In this document: piece after piece, positions 1-11,730 of the stretch
How the letters are laid out: the number at the start of each line of letters is the position of its first letter
Numbering within the stretch: the stretch's first letter is position 1
Assembly (NCBI GenBank): GCA_964187785.1
Contig: OZ076411.1
Coordinates: 73,842,001-73,906,000, forward strand
Length of the DNA stretch: 64,000 nucleotides
DNA from: Amphiscolops sp. MND2022
Lineage: Eukaryota
Direction: 5' to 3'
Translations under genes and position numbers: made by a program
Notes under the pieces: generated by a model
The model's input: only the letters and a program-made list of their open reading frames with translations
Database searches by the model: none
Told to the model about the DNA's origin: nothing

Positions 1-715
1 TTGCTAATAAATGGTCGAGGTATGAAATATATGCAATGGCTAATCTGAGAATTTCAATCTTGGACAGTTTCTTATCATGTGGTAAAGTCGGTAACAATTT
101 TCTCAGTTCTGTAAAAGCGATGCTGAAAGCTTCAACTCTTAGCCTTTCTCGCGATGCATGGGCTGTTCGATATTTGACAGTGGCTCTTCTTATTCTTCTT
201 CTTTCTTCTCGAGACAAATTAGCAAGGTATCTTTTGTCGATTTCATCAATGCTGGTTAAGGGGTTCGAACTACCAGTCAATTGTTTGATCAAAGCTGTTG
301 GACTGCATGACCTTTTTGATTTCTTGGAAATTCTTCCGCTGTGATGTAATCTGGTTTGAGGTTGCGTAACTTGCTCGTCCGAGAATGTTGAAACTTGAGA
401 TGAGCAGTTGTTTCTATTGGTCGACGAGTAATTCACTGGTATGACGTCATTGTTCGGAGATTGTGAGTTGCTGCCGAGGTTGATTGAACTGCTATTGGGT
501 GGAAACCTTGACGTCATGTCGAATTGAACAGTCGGGTTCTGATGGAGCTCGTTCGTCGACGAATGGGGGTTTGATAATCGATGCACGAAGTTCGGGGAAA
601 GATGAGTCATTTGGTTGATATGATAAGGGTGCATGTTTTCGACATGAGATGAAATCAATCGCGAGTTATCTAAATTGGGATTGGAGATTAAATGAACTGA
701 TGTTAGTGGAATCAT
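1..715 (-). CDS. Nscl: NSCL/HEN/NHLH-family neural bHLH transcription factor, 3' end cut by the window edge
   Basis: Manual minus-strand translation is open from ATG 715 to base 2 and ends ...[72 protein letters not shown]. This is near-identical to the NHLH1/2 basic-HLH ([62 protein letters not shown]). No stop falls inside the window, so it is absent from the ORF track; the listed + ORF 36..344 is its antisense shadow. Confidence 0.93.
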   Translation of the reverse strand, partial: MIPLTSVHLISNPNLDNSRLISSHVENMHPYHINQMTHLSPNFVHRLSNPHSSTNELHQNPTVQFDMTSRFPPNSSSINLGSNSQSPNNDVIPVNYSSTNRNNCSSQVSTFSDEQVTQPQTRLHHSGRISKKSKRSCSPTALIKQLTGSSNPLTSIDEIDKRYLANLSREERRRIRRATVKYRTAHASRERLRVEAFSIAFTELRKLLPTLPHDKKLSKIEILRLAIAYISYLDHLLA

Positions 716-717
716 TT

Positions 718-739
718 CTGAAACACAATTTAACAAGAA
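718..739 (-). promoter_or_regulatory. Candidate 3' splice acceptor just upstream of the Nscl ATG
   Basis: Minus strand ttcttgttaaattgtgtttcag|aaATG, with an in-frame TAA further upstream. Suggests an upstream exon (UTR or coding). Confidence 0.5.
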
Positions 740-1435
740 TTATTTGGGAATGAAACCTAAACAAAATTATAAATGGGATAAAATCTATCACAAAGGCTGG
801 AAGCTTCAGTCAATGTTAATAATTTTATTTCTATTCAAAAACTGTAAATCTCTCAAAATCGGTTGAACGCATGGAAAGCGATACTTTTCGTTCATTTCTT
901 TTTTTTGGACAGTTTTATTTGAAATCAATGCCATCGTTATGCAAATTTTTCTGGCGTTCGGATGAATCGTAATACTTCAACACAAACTTTTTAGTTATAA
1001 CTTCTAGAAATGTTTATATTATAATCTCTTTTTGTAGAAAGGTCCTTCGGAAGGTCATATGAAAACAGTTAACTACCTTCAAAAAGGTAGAATTATGAAT
1101 TCCATAAATTATTGGTGCGTTGAACAAACTTATTTTCTTTTTATTTTTATAATTAGAAGAAAACAACTTTTTTCAAGAGAACGGCCTTTTTTCCGGAAAT
1201 GAAGTTCAACTTTTCTGTGGTTGGTGTTCACACTCGGTAAAAGCTCATCAAAAACAGTTGTGCCGGTGAAAGTTAATATATAACTGATAAAAAATGTTTA
1301 TAAAATGTTGCTTTTCAATGAGCTTAGTTAAGAAAAAAACTTTGTCTCACCTTACTTCCAATCTTTTTCGCGCGAAATTATTCTCCGGGTTTGTTTAATT
1401 GATCATCTGCTGAACTTTTTTGTTTGTGATTGCTT

Positions 1436-1614
1436 TGATTGATTTCACAGCTTATCGGGTGGGAAGCTTTTCGTGCCTACTCTTCTGATCTGTGATTGGC
1501 TGTCAGGTTACTGGAATACTGGGCTCTGATAGGCTAGTATCTACCTTCTTGGATGATTGATTGGACACCGGTGGATTTGATAATCTGACTCTTGGCTAGG
1601 AATTGCCGTGGGAA
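1436..1614. promoter_or_regulatory. Candidate cis-regulatory module upstream of Nscl
   Basis: TGATTGAT at 1436-1443 and 1554-1561; TGATTGGCTGTCA (CCAAT plus TGACAG on minus) at 1493-1505; GTGGGAA at 1459-1465; CGTGGGAA at 1607-1614; second CCAAT at about 1560-1564. Confidence 0.4.
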
Positions 1615-1915
1615 TTACCGGATGCTCTGAAGGATTAAAAAGCGCTTATTAAGTGGTTGAGAAAATAAAATAATTATAGACTGTAGTACTCATAAGTATT
1701 GTAAATGGATGACCAAAGTATATATTATATAATACTTAAACAGTAATTATGCAATATCAATGGCTCTCTTAACGTGGACAATCCGGCAACTTTAGCCTTG
1801 GATGCAAGACCGGAGATTTACATTCCGACCCGGATTAGTCCAAATTCCGCCGCATTTTTCCAGACTTTTCTCCATTTTTGTCAATCTGAAATATCTTTGA
1901 CCCGTTTGTGCAAAT

Positions 1916-2007
1916 TTGTAGGTGATTTTCTTTTTAAGTAGTCGAACTTTTTCACGCGCTTAAGCGCGTGAAAAAGTTCGACTACTTAAAAAGAAAATCA
2001 CCTACAA
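1916..2007. repeat. Perfect 92-bp palindrome (46-bp arms, no spacer)
   Basis: ttgtaggtgattttctttttaagtagtcgaactttttcacgcgctt | aagcgcgtgaaaaagttcgactacttaaaaagaaaatcacctacaa; arms checked base by base. Confidence 0.97.
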
Positions 2008-4129
2008 CACGGAATTAACTATTTTTTTGTTTTTCCCTAAAAAATGTTCACTTATTGACTTGCTTCGACGTTTTCTATCAAAATTTTAGAAAAATGGGGA
2101 TCCAAAATTTTTAAGCATTCATTTGAAAAAATTGAAGAAACATTTCCTGACTTCTCCATTTTTCAATTGTCTTAGATCTCTCCTCCCCCCCCCCGAATAA
2201 TTTGTCAACAGAAAATTGGAAGTTGACAAAAATAAATGTTACGAGGTTTAAATTAATGTTTTTCAACAATTGAATTGTGCTGCAACTGATCAAAAAGTTT
2301 TCTTTAGCAATTTGGAGGTTAGGTTCTCAAAATTTCCCATTGAGATTTTTCATTTGAGCTCATATCTAAGGAATTGTGTTGAGCAAGATATTGAATCAAA
2401 GAAATGAAACATTGATATCCGACAAAGTAGTGATAATAACTTTATGGAAACCCCTGTTGAAAAACAATAAACAGATCCCTAAGACTTAGAGCAAAAACTG
2501 TGAGACTACCTGTACTACCTAATGTCTTTCATTTGTCATGACCGTACCACTGAACTAAACTTGTGTATCTTTGGTTTTCTCAATTTTCTCCAAAAAAAAA
2601 CGAAAATGTGCAAGTTTAAATTAATATTTGCTAAAAATTTCTTCATACTGTCACTTTTAAAAATTGTTTATTGACAATTTCTGAAGAAACATCATATTTG
2701 TTAGGTTTTCGAAGATCTGAATTAGAAAGGATTACTTCAAATATGCACAAGAAGCCATGTTCAAACTAGTTGATTTGCGTTAAATGCTAACTTCAAATCA
2801 AAAAAAAATAAATGAAAGTTTATGGTGGAGTTTTGGAGCTTGATTAAGGTAGAATTGAGCTAGAGTTGCTTGTTTTTTTTTCATTGAATGGGTTAGTTGA
2901 ATTTTCGAAATTTTGGTCATTTATTTAATTAATCTATACAAATATTTAATCTTGAAATCATAAATTGTTTTTTTATTCATTCCATTTTGATAAACTTTGG
3001 AGTTCAAAATAAATTGTCATTTTTTTTCAGTTTTTTGTCTAGTATTTTCAACAAGTAAATGATACTAAGAAGTGTTTTTTCATGGCCGAGTGACGCAATT
3101 TAATGGCCTTTAAAGTTGTGTATATGCGTTTAATAGGTACATGGGATCGTTCATTTTTGAACTTTTTGAAATTTTTGTGAATCAAAAAATTTTTCATTAA
3201 TACATGCAAGAGTGACTGACAAATTTCAATACATAGTTGTCAGCATTTTGAAAATCAAGCAAACAGACTCACCATTTTTTCAGTTTTCATTGAACAATCT
3301 CTGGTCGACGAAATTCTTGTTTTTTTTGTGCCAAAATTTTGCAAGAAAAGCCAGATAAAGTAAAACCTAAAAGCAGTGAAACTATCAAAAGCAGAGCTGT
3401 TTGATTTAATTATAAATGTGACTTCTTTTCTAGTTGGCGATTGGCGAAAATGAAAAAAGATGGAAATTGCCATAAAGCATCCATAAAAAGCGAGCGAAGA
3501 TAGTGAGTTTGGCTTTGGTTGCCTTGGGGGGAGTCTATTTTCATTAACAATTACGGCCAGTATGCCTAAAAGCAACAATATTTATGTGCACGCATTTCCT
3601 TGGTCTGTGAGAGTCGGTTAATTAACGTGGTCCCCTTGCGAGAATTTGGGAGCCAAATTTACCCGCTTTTTTCCCACTGTTCCTCAGGTGTGTGATTGTA
3701 AATTCAGAGGGGTCGCATCAGGTGTTTTCACCCCAAAGAGTCTTCCGTCGCTAATCGGCTCTTAATCAATTGACCATCTCAAATGAATCTCACTTACACA
3801 CAAACAAAGATACATGTTTTGACATACAAGAAGATGTGTTGATGTATTTGACACTACTGTGCATAATACTTTCTGTGGTTCTTGAAAAGTCTATTGTAAT
3901 TTATATTCCAAGACAAAGATGGGTAAAAATATAGTAAAAAATCGCAAATATTTTCGAATTACAAAGGCATATCACTTTTTGAATTTAGTAGTTTTATAAA
4001 TAAAAAAGGTACCACTACAAAACCTTGGTGGAAAAGAATAAGCTACAGCCTTATAAATACAATTAGATTTGTATATATTCTACAAATTATACTGTAAAAA
4101 AGGGGTGCAATACATCAAATACAATCTCA

Positions 4130-4460
4130 AGGAGGCCGCAGAAAATCACTCATGTACTCAACTAAGTTAAATACATTTTCATATTCCTGGTCGTCTCTAT
4201 GAGTTCTCTTTTCCGCCCAGTCCCAAAGAAAATCGAAGATTTCTTTCCATAATAGTGTCCTGGGAGGCACCGTTATTTCTTGCTGGGGTATGAGGCTCGG
4301 CAGAACATTTCAACATTTATGGGCTCCCCGTTGAGCCAACATCTAAAATAATCTAATCGCACGGGTGTAAAATTTCCCGGGAGGGGCCATTCGAAGCAAA
4401 GTTTTCTAAAAGCCATTGATCAATTCAAATTGAGCGCAAACAAATCAACTTGCAGTCCAA
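4130..4460 (-). pseudogene. Degenerate protein-like ORF remnant of unknown origin
   Basis: Two frames joined by one frameshift at about 4310 read SMAFRKLCFEWPLPGNFTPVRLDYFRCWLNGEPINVE / VLPSLIPQQEITVPPRTLLWKEIFDFLWDWAEKRTHRDDQEYENVFNLVEYMSDFLRPP. Composition is protein-like; family not recognised. Confidence 0.3.
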
Positions 4461-5429
4461 ATCAACATAAAAATATTATGAACTCAATGTTTTTTCTAGC
4501 TGACTTTTGATTTAGTGCTATTTAGAGGACAAACAAATATTTCCTGTAGGTACCAAGTTCATTGAGTGATCTTCTCTCCTTTCGAAATGTCTTGTGAGGC
4601 ATGACTCATCATGGAAAATGATCATCCAACAAGTTATTGAACAATTTGTAATAGGCGGTAAACGCAATTATTGTAAATTTAAGTGCTATATAAATATTTT
4701 ATTAATTTAGAGAGCTTCAGATGCTCAAGAGAAGTTTTGTTCGGAAAAGTCAAACACTCAGCGTCAGATAACTCCAAGTGCCTTAGTTAATTCTTACCTT
4801 GGAAGACGTAGAAAACAAACGAAGAGGCGCTATTTCCGATTTCAGTTATATACAAAATACATATGATTGAATACGTTATAGTTGAATAATTTTTCTTTGT
4901 AAAATTGATTTCCCAAAAAAAATTGGGACCATGTCATCTATTTCCCTCCCCAAACTGCGGCGGGGAGAAATAAGACGGAAGGTTCAATACCATTATGTCG
5001 ACATAATTTGCGTTGAAATTTTGGTCCAATAAAATAATTGATGTCGACATAATCCTATCTATTACATTGACTGTCAGTTAAAAGTTGCTCATTAGAAATT
5101 ATAGCGGACAAAATTTGCGCTGAAATAGGGGCTTTTTATATGATTTTAGCTTGTTTCAAACGTGAATTCTGCTATTTTGAACAATAATATCAAAGAATTA
5201 TGGTTATTTTTTGCCTGAAGTGCCCAAACAATTGTGGAGACAATCTTTTAAGTGTTTACATTCATATAATATTCTCTTATCAGTGAATTATTTTTATTCA
5301 AGAACAAAATGTGCTTTCGTGTTTGGTGTACCCGTTGGGGGGGGGGAGGGTGAAATAGATGACATGGTCCAAATCTTGTTGATTGTTACTTAAATTGAAA
5401 CTACCATTCTCCTCCAACATACCTTAGAA

Positions 5430-6340
5430 GACGTGGGTCATTAAGGGTCAATCCTTTTCTCATATTTGGCGGCAACTTGCTAACAGCTTGGTTCAAAATT
5501 GAAGCACTGCCGAGAACGTAAGAGAGTGCTTAAACACATTGACAAGGCTACTGATTGTAAAGGTCCCCGGTTGCAGAAGTGTAGCTAATGATACTTTCAG
5601 AACTATGCAGTTTACAGCAGGGTAGGTTGCGAGCTTGTCTAAATATGCCCACACAACAACTTGTGGCCAACCGAACTTTTTCTCCAACGTTTTCAATGCT
5701 ACAGTGTACATAGCGCCGCAGTATGCAAAGCCGGCGATGGCTGTTTTCGCTTTGCCAGCTACCAAGGTTTTGAGAAGATTTGACTTCACATCATGTCTCA
5801 TTTGAGTCGGATCCACAGCGGATCGAAATTGTCCTTACCATCCATGCCAGTTCAGTGGGTTTCCGTCTTACGTATCCAATTTCCATTCCTGGAAAGGGTC
5901 TTTCCTGCTTATTGCGAGCAGTTCTGCTAGGTCCTTCATTGTCACTTAAGTATTGAACCCTTGCTGGCTGGTTTGCATACTTCGCAGCTGTACGTATGGC
6001 TGGAAAACTACAAGGTTTGAGGTCGCTCCCGCTCCAGTGTTTGATGAGCCAGGTAATGTACGATACACAGTACCGCCCTGGGTTACGGGGACCTACGTGT
6101 TTGCTATCGTTGGTGCAAATGTCGAGGCGGCTGCGATTGTGACTGGTTCCTACGTCAGCGCCGTTTGCCGTGCTGTCGAGGTTTTCCAAGACGACAGATT
6201 ATGGGTTTGGGTGACTATTGGAGTTTTAGGTTGTAGTGCGCCGAGTTTTTCATTTGTATTCATTGCAATGGGGGGTAACAGTGATTCACAAATGATTGTT
6301 CCTGATGAACAGTGTTCCGCGCATGAGCTATCGAGATCGT
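5430..6340 (-). mobile_element. gag: BEL/Pao LTR retrotransposon gag remnant (DUF1759-like), multiple stops
   Basis: Translation across stops: EWKLDT*DGNPLNWHGW*GQFRSAVD...LKTLVAGKAKTAIAGFAYCGAMY..ALKTLEKKFGWPQVVVWAYLDKL...QAVSKLPPNM, typical BEL/Pao gag motifs. Confidence 0.8.
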
Positions 6341-8786
6341 ACAATTAAATGTCAATGAAGTTAATCGTTTTGGAACAAAAAGTCAGCTGTCAATTAAAAT
6401 GGCATGTTAGTCATTTTTACATGTCACATAAATACGAGGACAAAATTTTTGCGTTTATGTTTAAGGTTGTTCAAAAAAGGAAATCGGTTCGCCCGAAACG
6501 TCCTTTGGCGAGTTCGAAAACCCATCGGTTATGTGAAGGTCAATATTCAAACCGTAAAACATTGGCCCGATATACCCGTAGGTGTAGGTCTTTTCCGCAG
6601 GTATTAAGAGACGTCTCATCCGTCACACCGAAAATTAACCAAAGATATCGCCCTTAAGGCTTATAAAACAATTTCGCTGAACAGAAAACCTCAAAAACCA
6701 AAAACAGTGAGAAAAAGGCTCAAAAACTTTGGTTTTCAACAAGTTTTTCAAAAAAATGTCCTCGTTAAGTCGCATAGTGCCAAACAACTCTAAAAGGGGC
6801 TGTATACTTGCAAAACACACTGAATCTGCTAAAAATTGAAGAAGATTTCCAGCGAAAAAACCAAGAAAAAACATCGCATTGTGCCGAAAAAACCCAAAAG
6901 GGGATTCTTTGGTCTTTTCTGTACCTTTGCAAGCATAAACATTATCTCACATTACCACAAAATTCAAAAATGGGACCGGTTTTGGTCTAAAGATGTTTTT
7001 GCATTCTCGCCAGAAATATCAAATACTACGCCGTATATTTTGACGCTATCCGGCGGATATAACGTCAAAATTTGGAAAAGACAATGTTTTTGAACTTCCG
7101 TTTTGTTCTTGGTGAAACGCAAATTACTTAGGATATGACGTCAAAAGCTCCGATATTCGGTGCTGGGACATATAATAGCGCTTTTATCTAACCTCCCCCT
7201 CCTCCTTAAAAAAACGCAATTTACTTCTTACTTCAAGTATAATGTCGTAATTTGGGATATAGCGTGCTTACCAGAAGTAAGTAAATGGATTGTATCACAA
7301 AGCGGATCGTTGACAGAATTGGGAAAAAAACATACCGCAGATGGTAGTTTTCCTTCCTCTACACTAGCAATTTTGTGAGGGCGGAAAATAACCGTTTAAG
7401 TGCTTCAGTCTGATCATGTTTTTAAATGAATTCTCTTTCCGTGATTTCTTACCTAGATTTCGTAGTCTGAGCCACATTTCGCTCCAAGACTAAGAAGTTC
7501 ATCCACGCTATAATCAATCATCTCGAACCAATCGAAACTCGAACAGAAAAGATCGTCTCCATTACTGTAGTTTCGTTGTACAGGTTTTACGCCGTCTGTT
7601 GACAGTTGTTTGTCAACAGAAAATAAATATCGTGTTTCACCTAATTAAAATACTGTGATTCGTTTTTTCAAAAAAATTCTTTTGGTCAAAGGGTAACCCC
7701 TTCAATTTCTAAAAGTTCTTTGGCTTGGAAGAAGCTTTTTGGAATTTTAGAGGGTCTTCTTTTGGGTGATAGGCAATATGAGGCGTTTTTTGACAACAAC
7801 AAAAATTGATTTTTTTCTCCATTATTCGGGTTGTATAGTGTGGCGAGCTTTCGAGACTTTGGCGGCCATACTTTTTTGCAATACGAAGGTTGCCGGAAAT
7901 AACTCGGGGCTTAGTGGGCGTTTTGTTTGAATTTGAAAGTTAGCTTTTCCAATTGCATACGGCATTGCACAATAATCCTTGGCAGACCAGCTTGTGAATA
8001 TCTTTAGCATAATGCATTTAATAATATTACTTTGCTCAATCAGAAGAAATGGGTACAAATTTGAAAACTGTAGTTGAAATGCTTTTTAACGCAACACCGC
8101 GGGACCTATTGACCTAATGTGTTTTTATTTTTGGATTTGAACTTTTCCTCAAATTTTCCTGCAACTTTATCAACAATTCGAAAGATGACTTGATAAAATG
8201 CCAAGAATTAGCATTTTTGGTTCATTCGAATGATCCTAAAAATCGAAGGATTCCTTATTGAACTTTATCACAAAATTGAAGAAAAGAAAACATTCAGAAG
8301 AAAAAGGTTGTACGAAGTATTTCTTACACTTGGATCAAAATCTCATTAATCGGGTCAACTTTATTCAATGTCAACGCTGTTACTTTCTGAAAGAAAGCGA
8401 TTTCAAAGATACATTTCAAACCCAAATTTTCATTTTTTACAGAACACGAGAAAAATAATATAAGTTAGTGAAGTAATGAAAAAATTCGCTACAGCTGTTT
8501 AATTTTTTACCAAAAGCTCAAAAGTGTGCATTTTGAAATGTTCCAATTAAAAATGATTGTGATTATTGGGACTTTACAATATCAGCTAGATTAAACTGAT
8601 ACTAGAATTAGCGTACTAAGCGAAAATTTAATCGTTTTTTGAAGTACAATCAGATTAGAGCCTTGAAATCTAATGCGGATATTTGACACTGGCCGCAATT
8701 TCGTTAGCTCTACTCCAGGGTGACATGTTGAAATGATTAAAAACAAACTTTCATAACTCCCAAATACAGTTAGATTGGAAAAGTTA

Positions 8787-9327
8787 CCCAGTGTAAAAAC
8801 TCTTGGAACTCTTGCCAAGATCTTGCATATTCTTACATATTCCCGTTTACTCTTGAAACTCTTGATAAGATCTTGTTTATTCTTGCTTCACACAAACCTC
8901 TTGAATTTCTTGATAGTATTCTTGGTAAGAGTCTTATCAAGAGTGTCAAGAGAATGAATAAGTTGTAAAACAAACATCAATTTTGTTTACAAGTATTTTG
9001 CTGTTGTTCGCACTACCAGCTCCACTATCATTCTTTGAAGTATTGAATATAAGACACCACAAAGTAGTGAATTTCAGAATGTAATAGCTTGGTTGGTAGC
9101 GCGAAAAGCTGCGGCATAATAGGTAACCTGATCAAGCTGCAGTTGGCGTCAGTTTTTGTTTGTTTTCATTCACCTTTTGTCAGTTCATCTCTTGAATTTC
9201 TTGGCACGATCTTGCAAGATCTTGCAAATTCGTGGATTTCTTGGTAAGAATCTTGGCAAGATTCTTACCAAGAAATTCAGGAATAGCCAAGATTCTTATC
9301 AAGAGTTGCAAGAGTTTTTACACTGGG
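8787..9327. mobile_element. MITE with CCC...GGG termini, ~28-bp TIR, TA flanks and subterminal tcttg/caag repeats
   Basis: Left ta|cccagtgtaaaaactcttggaactcttg; right caagagttgcaagagtttttacactggg|ta. Many internal tcttg(g/c)caagatcttg units. Confidence 0.85.
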
Positions 9328-10009
9328 TATTCATTGTTCGCATGGAAAATGAGATAGATTTATTTAATAATTTAGTGTAAATGAAAATTCAGGTCATTCC
9401 TGTTAAAGTCTTGGCATATTGAAGAATTAAAAAAAAATTTTTTATCAATACACGTGGTATTGTTGCATCTAAAAAAGTACACAGAAACACAGTGAACGTC
9501 TTCGCTTTTATAAAAATAAAATATCTTATGTCATTTCTTTGTTTTAATCCTGTTTTTGAACATTTAATTGAACGTAGATTTGCTGAAAAAAGTTTCAGTT
9601 TTATTGAAAGTGTACTGCAAGTTTCATTCTGGTGTATTTTCGTTTTTTTTTCCAAAAATTTTTCCAAGAGTTGTTTAATAGTTTTGTCAAGTTTACCAGA
9701 GAAATAAGGAAAAAACTTCAGTTTTATTAGCTTAATACTTGGAACTCGCATGTGGAGGCCATTCAATTTCTTCTTTATAACAGAACGGATCTTTGGTCGG
9801 CAGAAACTGTTTCAAACGTCATATAATTGTTATATATATTCATATAATAGTAAAATATATTGTGAAATTATTGCAATTATTGCATTAATTTATTTTCGAA
9901 ACAATTGTTTTGCAATTATTTATTTTTGAGAATAGAAATAAAATAATTGCATTTTTGGCTAAGATATCAAAACAATATTTTCGGAAACTCTGAATGTTTG
10001 TGAGCAGGG

Positions 10010-11730
10010 ATTTGAAAACATCAATTGAAATTGAATTGATTTTCAAAAATGGCAAAATAAATTGGTTGCATGTCAGAATATTCTAAGTCATAACAACCAA
10101 TGCCATAATAGCCAATGCCATAATAGCCAATGCCATAATAGCCAATGCCAAAATATCCAACGTGACAAAATAGCCGATGCCAAAATAGCCAACGTGACAT
10201 AGTAGCTAATGTGACATAATAACCAACGCGAGAGTACAGACCCTCGCACAAGAAAAGCGTCTTGAACAAATTAGTTTGAACAAATGAAACAATTGATGAC
10301 GCAACTTTGGGATCGCACATATATGGGTGAGAACACTTTTCACAGCCGATCAATGCATTGACATAAAACAATTTGATTGTCAAAGTACAAAAAGTACTTT
10401 ATCGGTCACATTGAATGCATTTCAAATGAAAAGGCACAAACAGCAGTAAAGACCTGTTCAAAATTCTGATTGACAGTCGAAACTTGCAAAAATCAGAGCC
10501 GTTTTATTGACTTATTGGCAAATATTGAATGTGAAGAAAATTCAAAAATCTATTTGGCACTTCGTTTTTCGTGCAAGGAAATAATATGATGAAGCAACTG
10601 TCAATCATATTTCCTAAACACTGATACCATGTTTTGATAGAATACTGTGAAAAATCTTTGAACACATAATTAAGTTGGCCTAGTGGTTGAAGAACTGCTT
10701 CTGAAATAAACTATCCGAGATCGAGCCTAGTCTTTGCCATTTTATGAACAAATGGTTGAACGGAAGTTCCAGATCTCCCAAAATTCCCTATTTCCGGGAG
10801 TTGGGGAAGTCGGGAATGGGCGGGATGGGTTTCGAAAAAAAACCAATATTGCCCTGATTCACCTGTCCAATTTTGGTCTCTCAATTCCTCCTATTTCGGG
10901 AGAAAACGCAGACTTTTTTCTAATGTATACTAATAATAATAATTACACAACAATTTGGATCATGAATGGGTTAAATGAGCAATAGCCTTCAAACAGTTCA
11001 GTGGGGTATCAGGGTTGTATTCATTGACTAGACGAAAAACTTTCTTGTCAATTTCGTGGTCCTTTATCACTGTGTCCGTAGCCGCCTTCAAGATGTTGAA
11101 CTTCTGGTTGAAACGGTCTAATTTGATTTTGGCCAAAAACGTTGGAACTGGAGGATAGGTTCCATGGAAAAGAGCAGTCACTCCTAAATGCCAGCCTTAG
11201 GATGTGAGCGCCATTTGGAACATCTTCAGTGTGTTGTTACTTTTGTAACACAGTTTTTTCGTGAACTCGTTACCATTGAAATTGTTCACCTTTTGACCTT
11301 TCTGGGTGGTTCTCCAAGTAAGTTCTGCTACCATTGCTTATATGATATTGAGATGGAAATGAACTTACAAGACTACCTTACTATTGATATTTATTACTAT
11401 GAAACACTTGAATTGTTTCATTTGTTCAAACTAAATATTTCAAGACGCTTTTCATGAGCGCGTTCGTACTCTCGCGTTGGTTATTAGGTCACATTGGCTT
11501 TTATGTCATATTTGCTTTTTTGTCACGTTGGTTCATTTGACATTGGCTATTTTGGCATTGGCTATTTTGGCATATTGGATATTATGGCATTGGCTATATT
11601 GACGTTGGCTATTTCGACTTTGGTTATTTTGTCCTGTCACCAATAAAGTCATTGCACTCTTCGAAAATCTCCATTTTAATTGACCAGTTAATTGGCAATT
11701 AATTTCAATGAAAAACACTTTTCAAAACTT
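10010..11730. mobile_element. Mutator-like (MULE)/Foldback-type element remnant with inverted 15-bp repeat arrays
   Basis: Array of ccaatgccataatag units (10097-10237) ending aaccaacgcgagagtac is mirrored by gtactctcgcgttggtt plus the complementary array (11466-~11630). A transposase fragment lies between them. Outer ends are approximate. Confidence 0.6.
10960..11250 (-). pseudogene. MULE-type transposase C-terminal fragment
   Basis: SNNTL...*GWHLGVTALFHGTYPPVPTFLAKIKLDRFNQKFNIL resembles the MULE TNNxxEGWH...F...HPxxxxF motif. Confidence 0.6.

Noticed and set aside
36-344. + strand 102-aa ORF
   Set aside because: Antisense shadow of the Nscl bHLH coding sequence.
7038-7070. Imperfect hairpin ttttgacgctatcc..ggatataacgtcaaaa
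   Set aside because: Short, embedded in degenerate repeat DNA, with no associated feature.
10097-10237. Repeat array as a CRISPR
   Set aside because: Units are head-to-tail with no unique spacers, there are no cas genes, and the context is eukaryotic. The same applies to 57366-57731.
10021-10383. ORF with GYYGI repeats (Gly/Tyr-rich structural protein look-alike)
   Set aside because: The repeats are just the translation of the 15-bp TIR array of the MULE-like element.
10676-10727. tRNA gene (A-box tggcctagtggt, B-box-like gatcgagcc); similar A-box at about 9084-9102
   Set aside because: No cloverleaf can be folded. At most these are decayed tRNA-derived SINE heads.
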